A stretch of 63,208 nucleotides of DNA, the filler included, from Rhabdomonas costata (lineage: Eukaryota): the NCBI GenBank assembly GCA_019059605.1. It is 28 parts of 28 records of this genome, joined end to end, with 100 filler letters (N's around TTAATTAATTAA, not from the genome) between each part and the next. Parts side by side here need not be neighbours in the genome. Positions count along the whole stretch, not along the records: positions 24,879 to 27,038 come from JAHMHO010005158.1; positions 27,139 to 29,299 come from JAHMHO010005159.1; positions 29,400 to 31,561 come from JAHMHO010005160.1; positions 31,662 to 33,823 come from JAHMHO010005161.1; positions 33,924 to 36,083 come from JAHMHO010005162.1; positions 36,184 to 38,344 come from JAHMHO010005163.1; positions 38,445 to 40,605 come from JAHMHO010005164.1; 21 more parts are not named here. The stretch is one strand, 5' to 3'. This document shows, one piece after another, positions 26,735 to 39,013 of the stretch (position 1 is the first letter of the stretch; the number at the start of each line of letters is the position of its first letter). The translations under genes were made by a program, and so were the position numbers. Below the pieces are notes generated by a model. The model did no database searches and was not told the DNA's origin. It saw nothing but the letters and a program-made list of their open reading frames with translations.

Positions 26735-27448
26735 CTGAGATGACATTCGACATAAAAATGATGCCAAAAAGGAGGTGAGCAAACAAAACACAAATGCACA
26801 CAAGAAAGAGAGAAAGAAAGAGAGAATAATGCGAGATAAGTTACCTTCGGGGAGGTAATTTTGATCCACCAAAAAAAACGGAAAGCAGGCTAGTCACGCA
26901 CTCACCATCGACCACCGAGAGGTTATTGAGACGGGAAATAGGAGCTCCACCTTTTCAATCATGACCATGTTCGGAATAGGATTCAAGTTCTGGCTCAATA
27001 CCGGGGTGGGTTTCGTGCAGAGATGAGACACACAAACANNNNNNNNNNNNNNNNNNNNNNNNNNNNNNNNNNNNNNNNNNNNTTAATTAATTAANNNNNN
27101 NNNNNNNNNNNNNNNNNNNNNNNNNNNNNNNNNNNNNNGTTGTGTTCTCGCCACCCGCAGCATCCCTGGGACCCCAGGAGTGTGCTGGCTGCTCTGTGTA
27201 GACCAGATGGGTGCTTTTGAGTGGGTGGGTAGGGTGCAGCCTGTGCAGAATGCATAGGCTGGACCGCCTCATCCATTAGATTCAGAGATATTCTGGAGCT
27301 GTCACGCTCATATATGCTGGAAGTTACCTCAGTGGTTCAAGACCGCGAATGATCTGTCCACGGCCATGAAGAATATTCGCATCAGGACATTTTCTGCAAG
27401 ATCTTGTGCTCAGTTGCCCATTGTGCCTGTGCCCTCACAGAGCGCACA

Positions 27449-28970
27449 CCTGTTCCTGAAGCCGGGACTCCGTGGCCTCATTCTGACGGGTCAGGCTGGA
27501 GATCTTTACCTTGGCGTTTTCGACGTCCCGCTCCACCTCGCGAAGCCGAAGCTCGCACTGCGCCTGGCCAAATAAGGAATTAAATTGACAGAGAGACCAG
27601 AAAAGCAGGTCATCTAGGTAGGGATATGCAAGTACATGAAGGTGCTTTACGACGGAAAAACGCACTCTCAAGCGATCGCATTTGTGCGCCACTGTGGGTT
27701 GTTGATACAATAAAAAGAATAGCAGAAAAGCGACGATTTGAAATGTTATAACTTTCTTTTCGGCGTGAAGATCGGAACTATTAGCGTGTGGGGGGCTGGA
27801 CTGGGCTCAAAAACTGACATGCCTTTTCAACTAACTGTCACACAGTAAGCGATTGTAAACAGACCACAAGAAAGCGTCCAACTGTTGTGTTTAAGCGGCA
27901 CCCTAAAATTCCAAAAAACCAAACCCAGAAACAAAAAGTCAATTCCAGCCGTTGAAAAGCTCAAAAGAGCCCCGCGCCGCTTCTTTCTCTTTGGAAATCG
28001 TGGTGACGTGGCCGGATCCGTATGCTTGTGTCTGTGCGTACCAGCTCCTTCACCCGCTGCATGGTGGCCTCCAGCTGCTTCTCGAGGCTGGCGCTGCGGC
28101 TGTTTGCGTCTTGTAGCTCGAACTCCACTTGCCTTAGCCGGTTCTCCACAGCCACCTATGCACGCACAACCATACACAAAGCAACACCCTGGCGTCGCTG
28201 CTGGTGTTCCAATAACTTGAATTCCTCGTTCCACCTCCTCCAGCAACACACAGAAACCCACAAGCGTCCAGTGTCTAGCACAAGCAACCGCATCAAAGCA
28301 AGAGAAGGAAACAAAAACGAAAAAAAAATGATGTGTATCGGGTGTTCCACATGACATGTAAAAATAACACTCACGTGTGGTTCTTAACCAATGGCAACCA
28401 ATGGCGTGGTGGGTGGATGCGCACACAGCGTGCCCCGGGAATTTTGTGTACACACTCTGGGATTCACAGATCAAAAATTCCACTTCAGTTTTGATTTCGC
28501 TCCTATAAAGAGATATTATGTGTACATATCATTTGGAACACCCGGTATACCGTATAGCAAAGGAAGACGGTGAAATGGAAGAGGGGATTACAGCAGCATT
28601 GTTGTTGGCTGAGTGAACGGGCGCGCGGAAAGGGATGCAAGGCACGTGGGCAAAATAAACGAAGAGAATAATAATGAACCATACGGCAAGTCGAAAGGAC
28701 TCAGCTGGGTAGTCCAGCCATGTTATTACCCTCTTGCTGGATCCTTCCAGAGGGCAGATGGGACCACACATCCTCCGCATCCTCCCACACAAGTACCTTC
28801 TCGTCGCACTGCTGCGTGGCAGTCTCCAGCTGGGCCTGAACCTGGGCCAGCTGAGCCTGCGCCGCTTCCCGCCCGAGAGTCTGCTCGCGCAGCTCCCGCT
28901 CCAGCCCTGCCCGCGCGGCCAGTGCCGTGGAGAGACTGGCCTGCACCTGCTTCAGCGTTTCCCCATCCAC
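27449..28970 (-). CDS. Coiled-coil hypothetical protein, exons at about 28970-28797, 28155-28042, 27570-27449
   Basis: E/Q/L/R heptad-rich exons with AG/GT borders. Confidence 0.6.
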
Positions 28971-31154
28971 CTAACATACGCACATACGCCACCAGTCCCC
29001 CGCACAGCTGCCCACATCCCCGCTCGAAAATAAGGAAACACGACCTCCTAGGGCCAGATCTCTCCCCCGGACAGAAACACAGTAGAAAAGGAAAGGAAAA
29101 CAAAGCAATGGAAGGGCCAGTTTTTCAATAGGCAGAGACACCCACTGTATCACTGGATGGTCGGGTGTTCTTCGGGAGAATCCACCAACGGGTTCAGATT
29201 TAGGCTCTTGAACTCCCAAGGAAATAGATAAATAGTAAATGCTGCGACAGAAATCCCCAAATCAAATTCTCTACTTTGCCCTCGCTTACAAACCCCCCCN
29301 NNNNNNNNNNNNNNNNNNNNNNNNNNNNNNNNNNNNNNNNNNNTTAATTAATTAANNNNNNNNNNNNNNNNNNNNNNNNNNNNNNNNNNNNNNNNNNNNT
29401 GTTTGGTGGGTTTGGTGAAGAGCACAGAAAGGGCATGTTTGGTTGTATGTCCGATGCTGTGTTGCCATCCTCCGTGGTGTGGTGTCGGGGCATACTCCGA
29501 TTGCCGGATACTTTATCTTGATGCGTAGGAGTGTCACCGCTGCTTGTGTCGAGGGAAGTGTTGGTATCGGCAAAGGGTGTGTACTTTCATCCTGATGGTT
29601 ATGGGCATGGGCACATCAAGCCAATTACGCCCGGCAACCCACGGAAGTCACCTCGGGGTTCATGGCAAAGTGTGCGAAATCACCCGATGGTGGAGAAGCG
29701 AACGCAGAGACACGCTTCGTTTAAGAGTGTAAGTCAAAGGGTCGCATTTTGCACGCGGTGTGGGGAAGCGTGACAGAGGAAAGCAGGAGGCGCGTGGTTC
29801 CCGCGCTTCGCAAAACAGGGCTGATGGTAATCACCGCAGGGTTTATCGGGTTAAATAAAAAGGGAAGCCCCAGCAAATAAGTGCAAATAAGAAACCGCCC
29901 GGCAGGACAACGCGGATCCAAAGGCGTGGGTTCCCCCACAAACGGGAAGTGGTGAACGCAAACGCAATATATCCAGGTGAACACCATATCCGTACCAACT
30001 TCTACCTGTCCACCCCCACCCCAGTTGTTTCCTTTGTCCGTTCGTTCGGCCAAGACCGCGACAGGTCCGAGGACCGAGGGACCGAGGACAAATCCGCAAA
30101 GGAAACGGGAGTTTCAGCCGGCGAGAAGGGTAGCAGCAAGAGAAACCACTCAAGCAGCCCTTCGTTAAAGACGTTTCGAGCCTTTTGTTTGGGTAATTAA
30201 AAGAGCAACGGCCACCTTAAAAGAGACGTGCCACAAGAAAAACGAGGGTAAAAACCCGCTCCGTCGAAACCAAATTTGCCCAAGCATGTTATTCACCAGA
30301 GGAGGAGGAGCACGGGAGGCCCCAAAAGCATTTTCCGGCCTTGCATGTGGACAAAAATGTGGTTGTCTTGGCAAAAACGTCCGAGGAGAAATCGCTGCTA
30401 AAACCATCCTCTCTTCCTCCTGGAGTTTACGGCATGGAGGGGCGTGCCCATACGACAAAAGCAGCCTCCAATGGAGGCCAGTTCTGCAACCGAGGCACGC
30501 GAATGTAACATGTGCGGAAAGACAAAACGGGATTCGTGTGACTCACTCTGTACTCAGCGTGTGAAGCGTGGGGTGGGGTGGACATATACAGCAGGGACTG
30601 AGATGCACCACCTCATAGCCAGGGCCGTCTCAAGCCCATAGTTAATGAATATACCCAGTCGGATGGAAATGACTGCAGATAACAAGAAAAAACACTAGGA
30701 ATACTAAAGGCTGAAATTGAGATGCTAACACTTATCCTTATACCTTTTGATAAAGGCTCAGGGCTGTGGGTTCAATATGACACATGCCCTGCCCTATATC
30801 AGCATTTGACTAAACCAACCTAAAACGGTGCCCAGAGATGGCGGCTGTCAGTTCCCGCAACAAACAAAAGCCAAGAGGCTGTTCAGAGCCCATGGACGCC
30901 TTCGAACCCTCCCCCGCCGTACTGCACAGAAAATCCCGAGAGAGAGATGAGAGAGGGCGGGAGAGAGGTCAGTCCCCACAGCCCCGTACTAGACAATCGT
31001 GGGGCGGCGGAGCCGTCCCACGAGAGACACGACGTCGGGCATGTAGTATTGGCACACAAGCAGCAGAACGAGCACAGGACCATTCCCATTCTTGTCCGTG
31101 AGTGAGTGTGAATGTGTGGATGCATGTGCCCTGAGTGTAAGTGTGCGTACGGGG

Positions 31155-31367
31155 TTACGGCGTTGAAGAGCCGGACCCGCCCGCACCCGCTCCAGAGTCC
31201 GTACCACCACCCCCACCGCTGCCGCCATTGCTGGCGTACATGATGCGCGAGCACTCCATAACGGCATCCTCGACGATCTTCATGTTGGCCTTGATCTTCT
31301 CCGCGTCATCCTTGCCAATGGCGTCCTTGAGGTCCGAGATCTTCTTCTTCAGGTCATCCTTCTTGTC
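31155..31367 (-). CDS. HSP70: Mitochondrial-type Hsp70 (DnaK-like), terminal exon
   Basis: DKKDDLKKKISDLKDAIGKDDAEKIKANMKIVEDAVMECSRIMY + Gly/Ser tail; no EEVD or KDEL; AVMEC.R..Y resembles kinetoplastid mtHsp70. Confidence 0.8.
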   Translation of the reverse strand, partial: DKKDDLKKKISDLKDAIGKDDAEKIKANMKIVEDAVMECSRIMYASNGGSGGGGGTDSGAGAGGSGSSTP

Positions 31368-31661
31368 CTGCAAGCCCGTATCAGATAAACGCCAGAGCCC
31401 AACCTCGGAGTGGGCCATGATAGTTATTGGGCATTCGTTTTGAGCACAAGAAAACGCGGTTTCAAAAACTACATTGACCACGCAGCGCTTAAGCTTGTGC
31501 ACCAATTTCAAATCGCTGAATGATAATAAAACAAGCACAAACTGGAGCCAGAAAAAAAACCNNNNNNNNNNNNNNNNNNNNNNNNNNNNNNNNNNNNNNN
31601 NNNNNTTAATTAATTAANNNNNNNNNNNNNNNNNNNNNNNNNNNNNNNNNNNNNNNNNNNN

Positions 31662-32063
31662 TGTTTGAGAAGCGACCGAGAGGATGTGACGTAGTGGCTG
31701 GTTGCGACCGAGAGTCGTCGGTAAAGAGGGCACAGGCTTGGGCAGATGCGAGTAGTGGTTGCGGCCAGGCTCTACACGGCCCGCGGCGATAGCAAGGCCA
31801 ACCCGGGGAAAGAAAGTCTCCTCACCTAGGTGGCTTGACAGCGCTCACAAAGCGAAAGCTTTGTCGGGAGGGTCCACGGAGTGGAGCGGATCGAGTGGGC
31901 TAAGCGGGGAAGTCGCAAGAGCCACGTAATTGGTTCGGGCCCGCCGTGCCGTCTGACAGTATGTCCGTCGTCAGCGTTCCTCTTACATTAGATCCAGTCA
32001 GTGTGCGTACTTTGCCGGATCCCTGTTCTGAATAGTTAAACTTGTAGTTAAAATATATCAACA
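31662..32063 (+). mobile_element. Candidate solo LTR or structured non-coding element
   Basis: Starts TGTT(T)GA and ends AT-rich ...aaaatataTCAACA; non-coding; internal hairpin acaaagc-GAAA-gctttgt. Confidence 0.3.
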
Positions 32064-32866
32064 TGTCCGGCTTTGAAATAATCTAAAGGGGCACGACAGG
32101 TCGAGGATCCAGAAGAGCTCTGCGGTTACCTGGGGGGCGACTCATCAGGAACCTTGGGACATGCAGAGCAACCGCTTAGGAAGCGAGGCACAATCCAAAT
32201 ACAAAACCGCGAATATGACCGAGGGAGTCATTGAAGTGGGATAATAAAACTGTTCTTCTGTGGCGATCGGCATGGCGGTCGAAAGATTCCAAGACTTTCT
32301 TGAAAAGCACGTAAACCCCGCATTCCTGACATCGGAAACAAGGGAGGAGGGAGGAGAAAACGCCTCAGGAGACAAGCCTTGTGTACATCCGCCGAATAAC
32401 CCACAGCTGCTGGACGCAAACCAGAGAATGCATCCTCACTTTCAAAACGAAACGCAACTCACACAAATAGAGAAGGAGATCGGAGTTGAGCGTGAGCTGT
32501 GGAGGGAGGTGGGCGGCGCCTCCTCACACTCCACGGAGAAGTAGCGGAGAAATGACCGTCCCTTCCTGCGTTCGTCATGGGGCATACACACTGAGGAGAG
32601 GGAAAGCGAGCAGTCAGAATGATGAGAGAAGGGCTGGGCATACACCACAGAAATTGATTTCGAGTCGGCATTGCAGAAAGGAAAGATACGACGTTTGCAT
32701 TACTCGAGAAACGACGCGCGGGGAAAAAAGGAAGCGTTGTGAAATTGCCTAGAGGCATATGGGAAAGCAGGTGCTTGGTGCTGGAACGTGGAAACTGTGC
32801 AGCGGTAGCAATAGCGAACCAAAAAGCAGCGGAAAACAGAGGTCTGGATTTGTTGCCCTTTCCATT

Positions 32867-33713
32867 TCATTTACTATACGACTGCACGCACACAAGGGGC
32901 CACTGAGCAGCAGCGCCGCCGGGATATGCGAGGCCAGCTCCGCGGCGCTCAGCAGCCGTGATCACGTTGGCCTGCACGATCGTCTGCCCCGTGGTGCTCG
33001 GTGAGGTTGGCGTCCCCAGAGCCCACCGAAAGCCCAGCGGGAAGCGGAGTCCACACAAACATCCGGTCCCCAACCCCAAGGCGGGCACATTTAGCTGGGC
33101 GTCCCCAAGGCTTCCCGTAGGGCTGCCCTATTCAAGCGCAGTCAACGCAAATGACGCCGCCGTGACGTACGCAGGATTCGTGAAGTTCTCATACGCTCAC
33201 CGACGTGCTCGTGTCCAGGGAAACTGACACGCTGAGGTCGAAGCGGTTGCAGGCACTCGCAAGGAAGGTCTCCGAAAGCGGCTGGCCCTCACTCTGCGGG
33301 AACACAGCCTGCAGGAAGCAGCTGCACAGGCTCCCCCTGAGTGGTGTTGAGGGCGTCGCCCCGGCTGTCAGGAGTATCCTCATCGCGGAGGATGGCAGCA
33401 CCGAGGGTAGAGTGCCAAGCGCTGTCGTGGGCTACTCGCTGCTCGTGATGCACACCCCGCCCGCGATGTAGGGGTAGCTCACCTCCACATAGAACCCGCT
33501 GCCGTTGCTGCGCAGGCACATGGTGGGCTGCGGTGGGATGGGCCGCATCTGCACGTCCACGCTGTAGTCCACCGTGAAGACGGAGGGGCAGGCGCAGTGC
33601 CAGGAGCCCGCGCTGCCCTTCCGTTGGCAGAGCCTTCTGCACCCGTCGCCATACTCAACGTTACCGTCGTCGCACTGCTCCCCGGTCTCCAGAAGGAAGT
33701 TCCCGCAGATGCT
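32867..33713 (-). pseudogene. Cys-rich extracellular protein with myxococcal cysteine-rich (DUF4215-like) repeat, disrupted
   Basis: ICGNFLLETGEQCDDGNVEYGDGCRRLC; in-frame TAG at 33432-33434 and 33128-33130, frameshift near 33190. Confidence 0.6.
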
Positions 33714-34229
33714 CTGCGTGGTATTTTCTAACCATGACTCCCCCCCAACTGCAAAAGGTAGAAAAAATGTCTGGCAGGGTCCTTGCTGTGAGCCGTATAT
33801 TGCCTATATCTCCCACCCCCCCCNNNNNNNNNNNNNNNNNNNNNNNNNNNNNNNNNNNNNNNNNNNNTTAATTAATTAANNNNNNNNNNNNNNNNNNNNN
33901 NNNNNNNNNNNNNNNNNNNNNNNCTATTGGTACTATGTGTGTTCCTGCTGTGTTTACGCCTTCTGTGTTTTGTATGGCCCTCCTCATTTGCGGTGAGAGT
34001 GTTTGAGGAGGGTTTCTTATCCGTGGTGGTGGCTATGTGGAAAATAAAAATGGAGGTCGCTGGCTGTGTTCTCTTGTGAAGGGTTAGAAAACCCTTATGC
34101 ACGACCTGTTGGCAAAGCGTCGATATTTTGAAAACGGAAAAGCACTAAGAAGGCGGGAAAGACCGATTGCAATTGTCTTTTAATTTAATAGGCTTCAAAT
34201 TGGGTGAGGGGGTTGGGGTGGGAAAACAG

Positions 34230-35258
34230 CTGCCCACTCACTCCTCCACGGCATGCAAAGTGGCGTTGCAGCTGAAGACTGCGGTGGCCAACATGCACCC
34301 CACTGGGTACGGGCCACTGCCTGGGTTGGAGCTGCACGCCTCGATCTGCACCGGACACGTCTTCTTTGGCAACCTGGGCAGCGCCACGATGCAAACCTTC
34401 ACCCTGGTCGGGCCGGTGGTGACCCTGCTGCACCACCTCACTACCCTGAACCCAGGCGCGTGTGCGTGGTGCCGAGGGACGCAGGGGTTGAAGTGTTGGT
34501 TTGTGTGTCCGTACATGTTTCCATGCGTTCTCGCTTTTGAATCTGAGCCGTTCTCGAGCCAAATTCCTACTTTACCCACAAGGAACATACACGAGTATAT
34601 GTGAGGGCAGGCCAAAGCTGAACCTTATCATGAACTGCCGCGAAAAAATCAGAATAAAGTAGAGAGAGAGACGGCAACCGTGCCGTCCAAATTGGGCAAA
34701 AAAAATTTCGACGAGACAGGAACGTAAGTTAATATTTTCTCCCACTCCTGTCTTCCTTGTGCTTCTTTTCTTCGCAGTGCTCGGGTCGAACATTCTGGTC
34801 GACGGCCAGACCTGGCAGGCCGCTCAGGACGAGTTCGTCTTCCGCGCCGTCGACCGAGTCCGAGTTCAGGTCAAGCGCCCCCTCTCCCCTACAAGGGCCC
34901 TCTCGCTTGCGGCCCGCTGTTCCCCGACTGACGCGGTTTTCAGCTTTTTTTATAAAGCTTTTTTTTTTCGTCTCGGTTGTCTTCTCTCGTCAGCCAAGAA
35001 TCGTACCTCGCGAAGGTTCCTCATCGCAAGCTGTGGCACCACGTCGGATTTTCTCAAACGGTTAGGAGCAAGAAGTGGAAAGCAGGAGCACTTATACATT
35101 GGACTTGCGAGGAGGAGGCTATGCGATGCTGTGGGGTTTGTGTGCAGTGTGCCGCGCCCCGCCCGCTGCAAACCCTCGTGATGGAGCTGATGCAAAAGAA
35201 AGAGAAGAAGTCCATGAAGGATGACGACGGGGACTGGCTGTTCAACCTCCCCACTCAG
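34230..35258 (+). CDS. Class III adenylate/guanylate cyclase catalytic domain; exons 34230-34455, 34778-34869, 35148-35258
   Basis: ACKVAL, HASICTGHVFFGNLGS..MQTFTLVGPVV, LGSNILVD, FRAVDRV, VMEL...GDWLFNL. Confidence 0.85.
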
Positions 35259-37252
35259 GTGTGATCCGCCCCCACGGACCTACCGCGAACTAGAGACAGT
35301 CCCTCGAAGTTGCCTGTCAAGGTGGCGGTGTTCCCGGTCTGTGGTTAGTTCCGGTGCCATGTTCGAGCTTCCTACCAGTTTATTTTCTGCAGCTCCAAGC
35401 GGTGTTTTCTTGTCGCCACTGTCCATTGCAGTTGTGTGGCTGTTGATGTTTCACATAGCTTTACCTCCAGCGACAAGTCCCCCTCCTTTTCTTACAGAGC
35501 GAAAGACTTCCTATCATTTTCTTACTCTCTCTTCTTTTCCTTAGGCCGCAACGGATCACTTTGCGGACGGGATGCAGCATTTCTTCTCTGGGAACTTCAC
35601 GAAGGTCCGCCCAAAAACCCGGACACCAAGACAGGGAGAATGGCGGGGGGGTGGGTAGGACGGACGCTGGAAGTGGCACACATCTGAATACGATACGCCT
35701 GTAGTGGAAGGACGGAATTTCGAATTTCACACGACCATAATGTTTTTCTTGCGTATGTGCACGTTTTTGTACATGTTACAAGGTGAAATTTTAATTCTGG
35801 AGTTGTTTGGAGCCGAAGGTCACCAGCAAAAGATCACGGGAGCGAGTTGCCGCGCTGTTCAGGGTGGTGCCTGCTCTTCTCAGCTGCTAGAGGAGTTGGT
35901 CCTGCCACGTGCCCACCGGCTAGGGAGCTTTTGCTGGTGCTACACTTGCATCACGTTCAAAGTAATTGATGCCCAGAAAATTTTTAAACGTTTTTTATCG
36001 CAATTAGAAACTCTGCTGCAGTGTTGTTTTGTTTTTTTCTCGCCTCGCGCACGCGCTTGAGTGAGACGAAAGGACAAACACCCNNNNNNNNNNNNNNNNN
36101 NNNNNNNNNNNNNNNNNNNNNNNNNNNTTAATTAATTAANNNNNNNNNNNNNNNNNNNNNNNNNNNNNNNNNNNNNNNNNNNNGTTTGTGGGGGGTAAAC
36201 GAAGCAAAGGTGAGGCTTCGGAGAAAGAAACTGCAGGAATCTGGTTGGATAGGCACAGCAGTGAAGAGGAAGAAGGGTGAGGTGGAGAAATGCACATGGA
36301 CGAATATCGCGTAAATGGGCCTGTACAGCTGACTTGCTGTAAATCCTGGCTCGAAAATCAAGCTTTTGCAGGGGGAAGTAGGCCGGTAATCTTCTCGATT
36401 TATTTTTGGCGGGCTTTTTCAAAACGAACTCATTTTCGACTCGTTCGAATCTTCCAGGGAGGGCTGATACCACCCGTTTGAGTATGGTAAAGGAAAGGCC
36501 GTGAAAAATGGGCATTCCTAAGGTAATCTTCAAACTCAATTTGCGCCTGGGCACGCTCTGAAGAAGGTCTGCGATTCCAGAGGCGTTCAATTTCGCCCGA
36601 GGGTACATAAGTGGAATTGGTTCCCAAGCTCCTCTTCCGATAAATATTCAGCTCACGTGAGAATCTGCAGGCCTTAAAAACCACCAGCCACCATTCCAAG
36701 TTTCCGGTTCCTCAGCAGGTGCTGGCACCTTTTCGCCAGCAAGCATGTCCAGAAAATCCCACAACCGTGCACGGAAAGGAGCAGGAAGCGAAAGAGCTCC
36801 CCAAAATGGGCGTGACTTTCACCACTCCCGCGAGCCCAGAGCTTTGCTCCGATCCGCGCAGCGCACAGCAGCAGAAACAACCTCGCATGAGCACAAGCAA
36901 AAAATAAATAAAAAATCAGGATCTCAGCACGAACAAGCGCACGGCATGTCCGCCAATGCTGGTATTCCACCAATCACCCATCAGAACTATGAGGTATCTA
37001 GCCGCGAAAACCGGAATGCACGCAGAGGGAGAGTTGCGAGAAAGAGAAAGGCTAAGGCTACGCAGCATATGGGGGCTGACCGCGGCCAGGCAAGGGCCCT
37101 GGCAACACACGACAACCCGACGGCTTCCGCGCCTCCCTCCTTCCACAGCTCCCCAAAGGCAGGGGAGGGTGAAGACAAGTGGGGAACGACACAGGTGATG
37201 ATGGAGCTGTAGTGGGTGGAGGAAAGGGGTCAGCCTCCTCCCCTCACCCGTC

Positions 37253-38344
37253 TCAGAGCATCACCAGCCCTACTTCGCAGGGCTGGATATCCTTGAAGCG
37301 CCAGTTGAAGAGGTAGTACTGCAGGTGGCCGTCTCCCTGCCCGAACTTCAGCTCCTTCAGAAACCTGAGTCAAGTGGAGAGCACTCCTCTTATATCTCGG
37401 CTCGTCGCTTCAACTGCTAAAGCTAATGCGTCAAACTGAACAGATGACGCCTACCGTCTCCCCATGGCTCCCTAGGGGACCTTTGAATTGAGGGCAGAGT
37501 CAGTCATCTTCGTATGTGCATTTCGCAGCTGCAAACGAAATGATGTGGATGTGATCCAAGTCCAGCCAAAACTGAAAGGCCAACTAACATAGCAGAGGTC
37601 CCCAGAACATCCGAAAACCGCACACACATTCGCACATTCGCACAAAAAGCCAAGTGATTTATGGTGATGAGAAATCATCGCTGAAGTGAAAAAACAATAA
37701 TTTGCAATTGAAGGGTTTTTAGCGTTCTGGCGTTCAAAACTTTTCCATCTCACCATTTTAGGGAGGCAAGGGGAGGGAGGTGATTGCTGGTACTTCATAT
37801 TCTCCATGATGTCCAACGCATTAAACACGTCAAATTCGCGCTGCTTGGCGAGGACCAGCGCGTCCGTCATCAGAGTGGGCAGGTCCACCGAGGTGGCGAT
37901 GTTATAAAAGGAGTACGCTGCCTGCGCAAGTCGTGTTTGCGAAAGTGAACCTGAAAACAACTTCAGGACAACCGCTCATCCGGTCATCCGAAACGAGAGC
38001 ATCAAACGTACACTGGCGCTGAGCTGCTAGGTATCGAAAAGTCTTAAGTCAACACCAAAGTCTTGCTTTCGCTCTCAAAACACAAACGTATAAAATTCTC
38101 TTTGTACGAAGAGGGCAACAGCGCGCCAACAGGAGCCACATATCTCAGGCGTAAAGACCGATCGGAAGTCGGGAGGGGGGGAGGCAGGCTGGTAGGTGCC
38201 TTGAGGTCTTTGTACTTGTCATTGCCGATCACGGTGCTTGGGAGGTTGTAGAAGCTGATCAGGTCTGTCACCTTCCCACCCTTCTCCACTACAAAGGAGT
38301 AAACCACCCCCTGCCGGGGAACCAGCCAGTGCGCAACCACCCCC
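37253..38344 (-). CDS. NMT: Glycylpeptide N-myristoyltransferase, C-terminal part; exons 38344-38200, 37921-37794, 37364-37253
   Basis: [72 protein letters not shown]. Confidence 0.97.
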
Positions 38345-39013
38345 NNNNNNNNNNNNNNNNNNNNNNNNNNNNNNNNNNNNNNNNNNNNTTAATTAATTAA
38401 NNNNNNNNNNNNNNNNNNNNNNNNNNNNNNNNNNNNNNNNNNNNTTGTGGGGGTAGAAGGATGAGAGAGTGTGAGGGAGAAGGCCAGAATAGGCCAAAAA
38501 GGCCTTTCTGTGAACGAGAAAAACAAGTGCCCTGGGGCAAAAGCGACGGGGCTCCAACACGTCGCTAAGAAAAACGAAAAAATGGGTCTGCGAATGAGCT
38601 CAATTTGTAGTGGGAGCGATGCTGCGGTCGCCGAGTGGCTTGATAAGACTACAAAGGAGCCGAGAGTGGGAGTGAGTGCTACTTTTGAGGTTGCTCGCTG
38701 GGGTCCACGACGGGGGGGTTTTGCAAGGGTGCGGCTTAGAAAAATTATCTCTTCCATCGGCTCTTCTAGAAGGTTGCAGATTTTCCAAGGACTTCAATGC
38801 TTACGATTCGCCACTGGATCATTCGTGCGCGCGCACACACGCATGCGCATAGGGCAGGCAAACGCGGCGGGTGGTAAGAACCGGTACTTAGCGATAATCA
38901 ACGGAAATGATGGTGCAACTACTAATTAAGCACCCACAACAAACAGCAACTCACACTCACCACTGACAATTTATTCTCTGCCAACCCCCACTATCACACA
39001 CACACACACACAC

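Noticed and set aside
33128-33434. TAG reassignment (alternative genetic code)
   Set aside because: The same region has a frameshift, and no conserved gene (NMT, DHX16, DNAH2, HydG, PNO) contains in-frame stops
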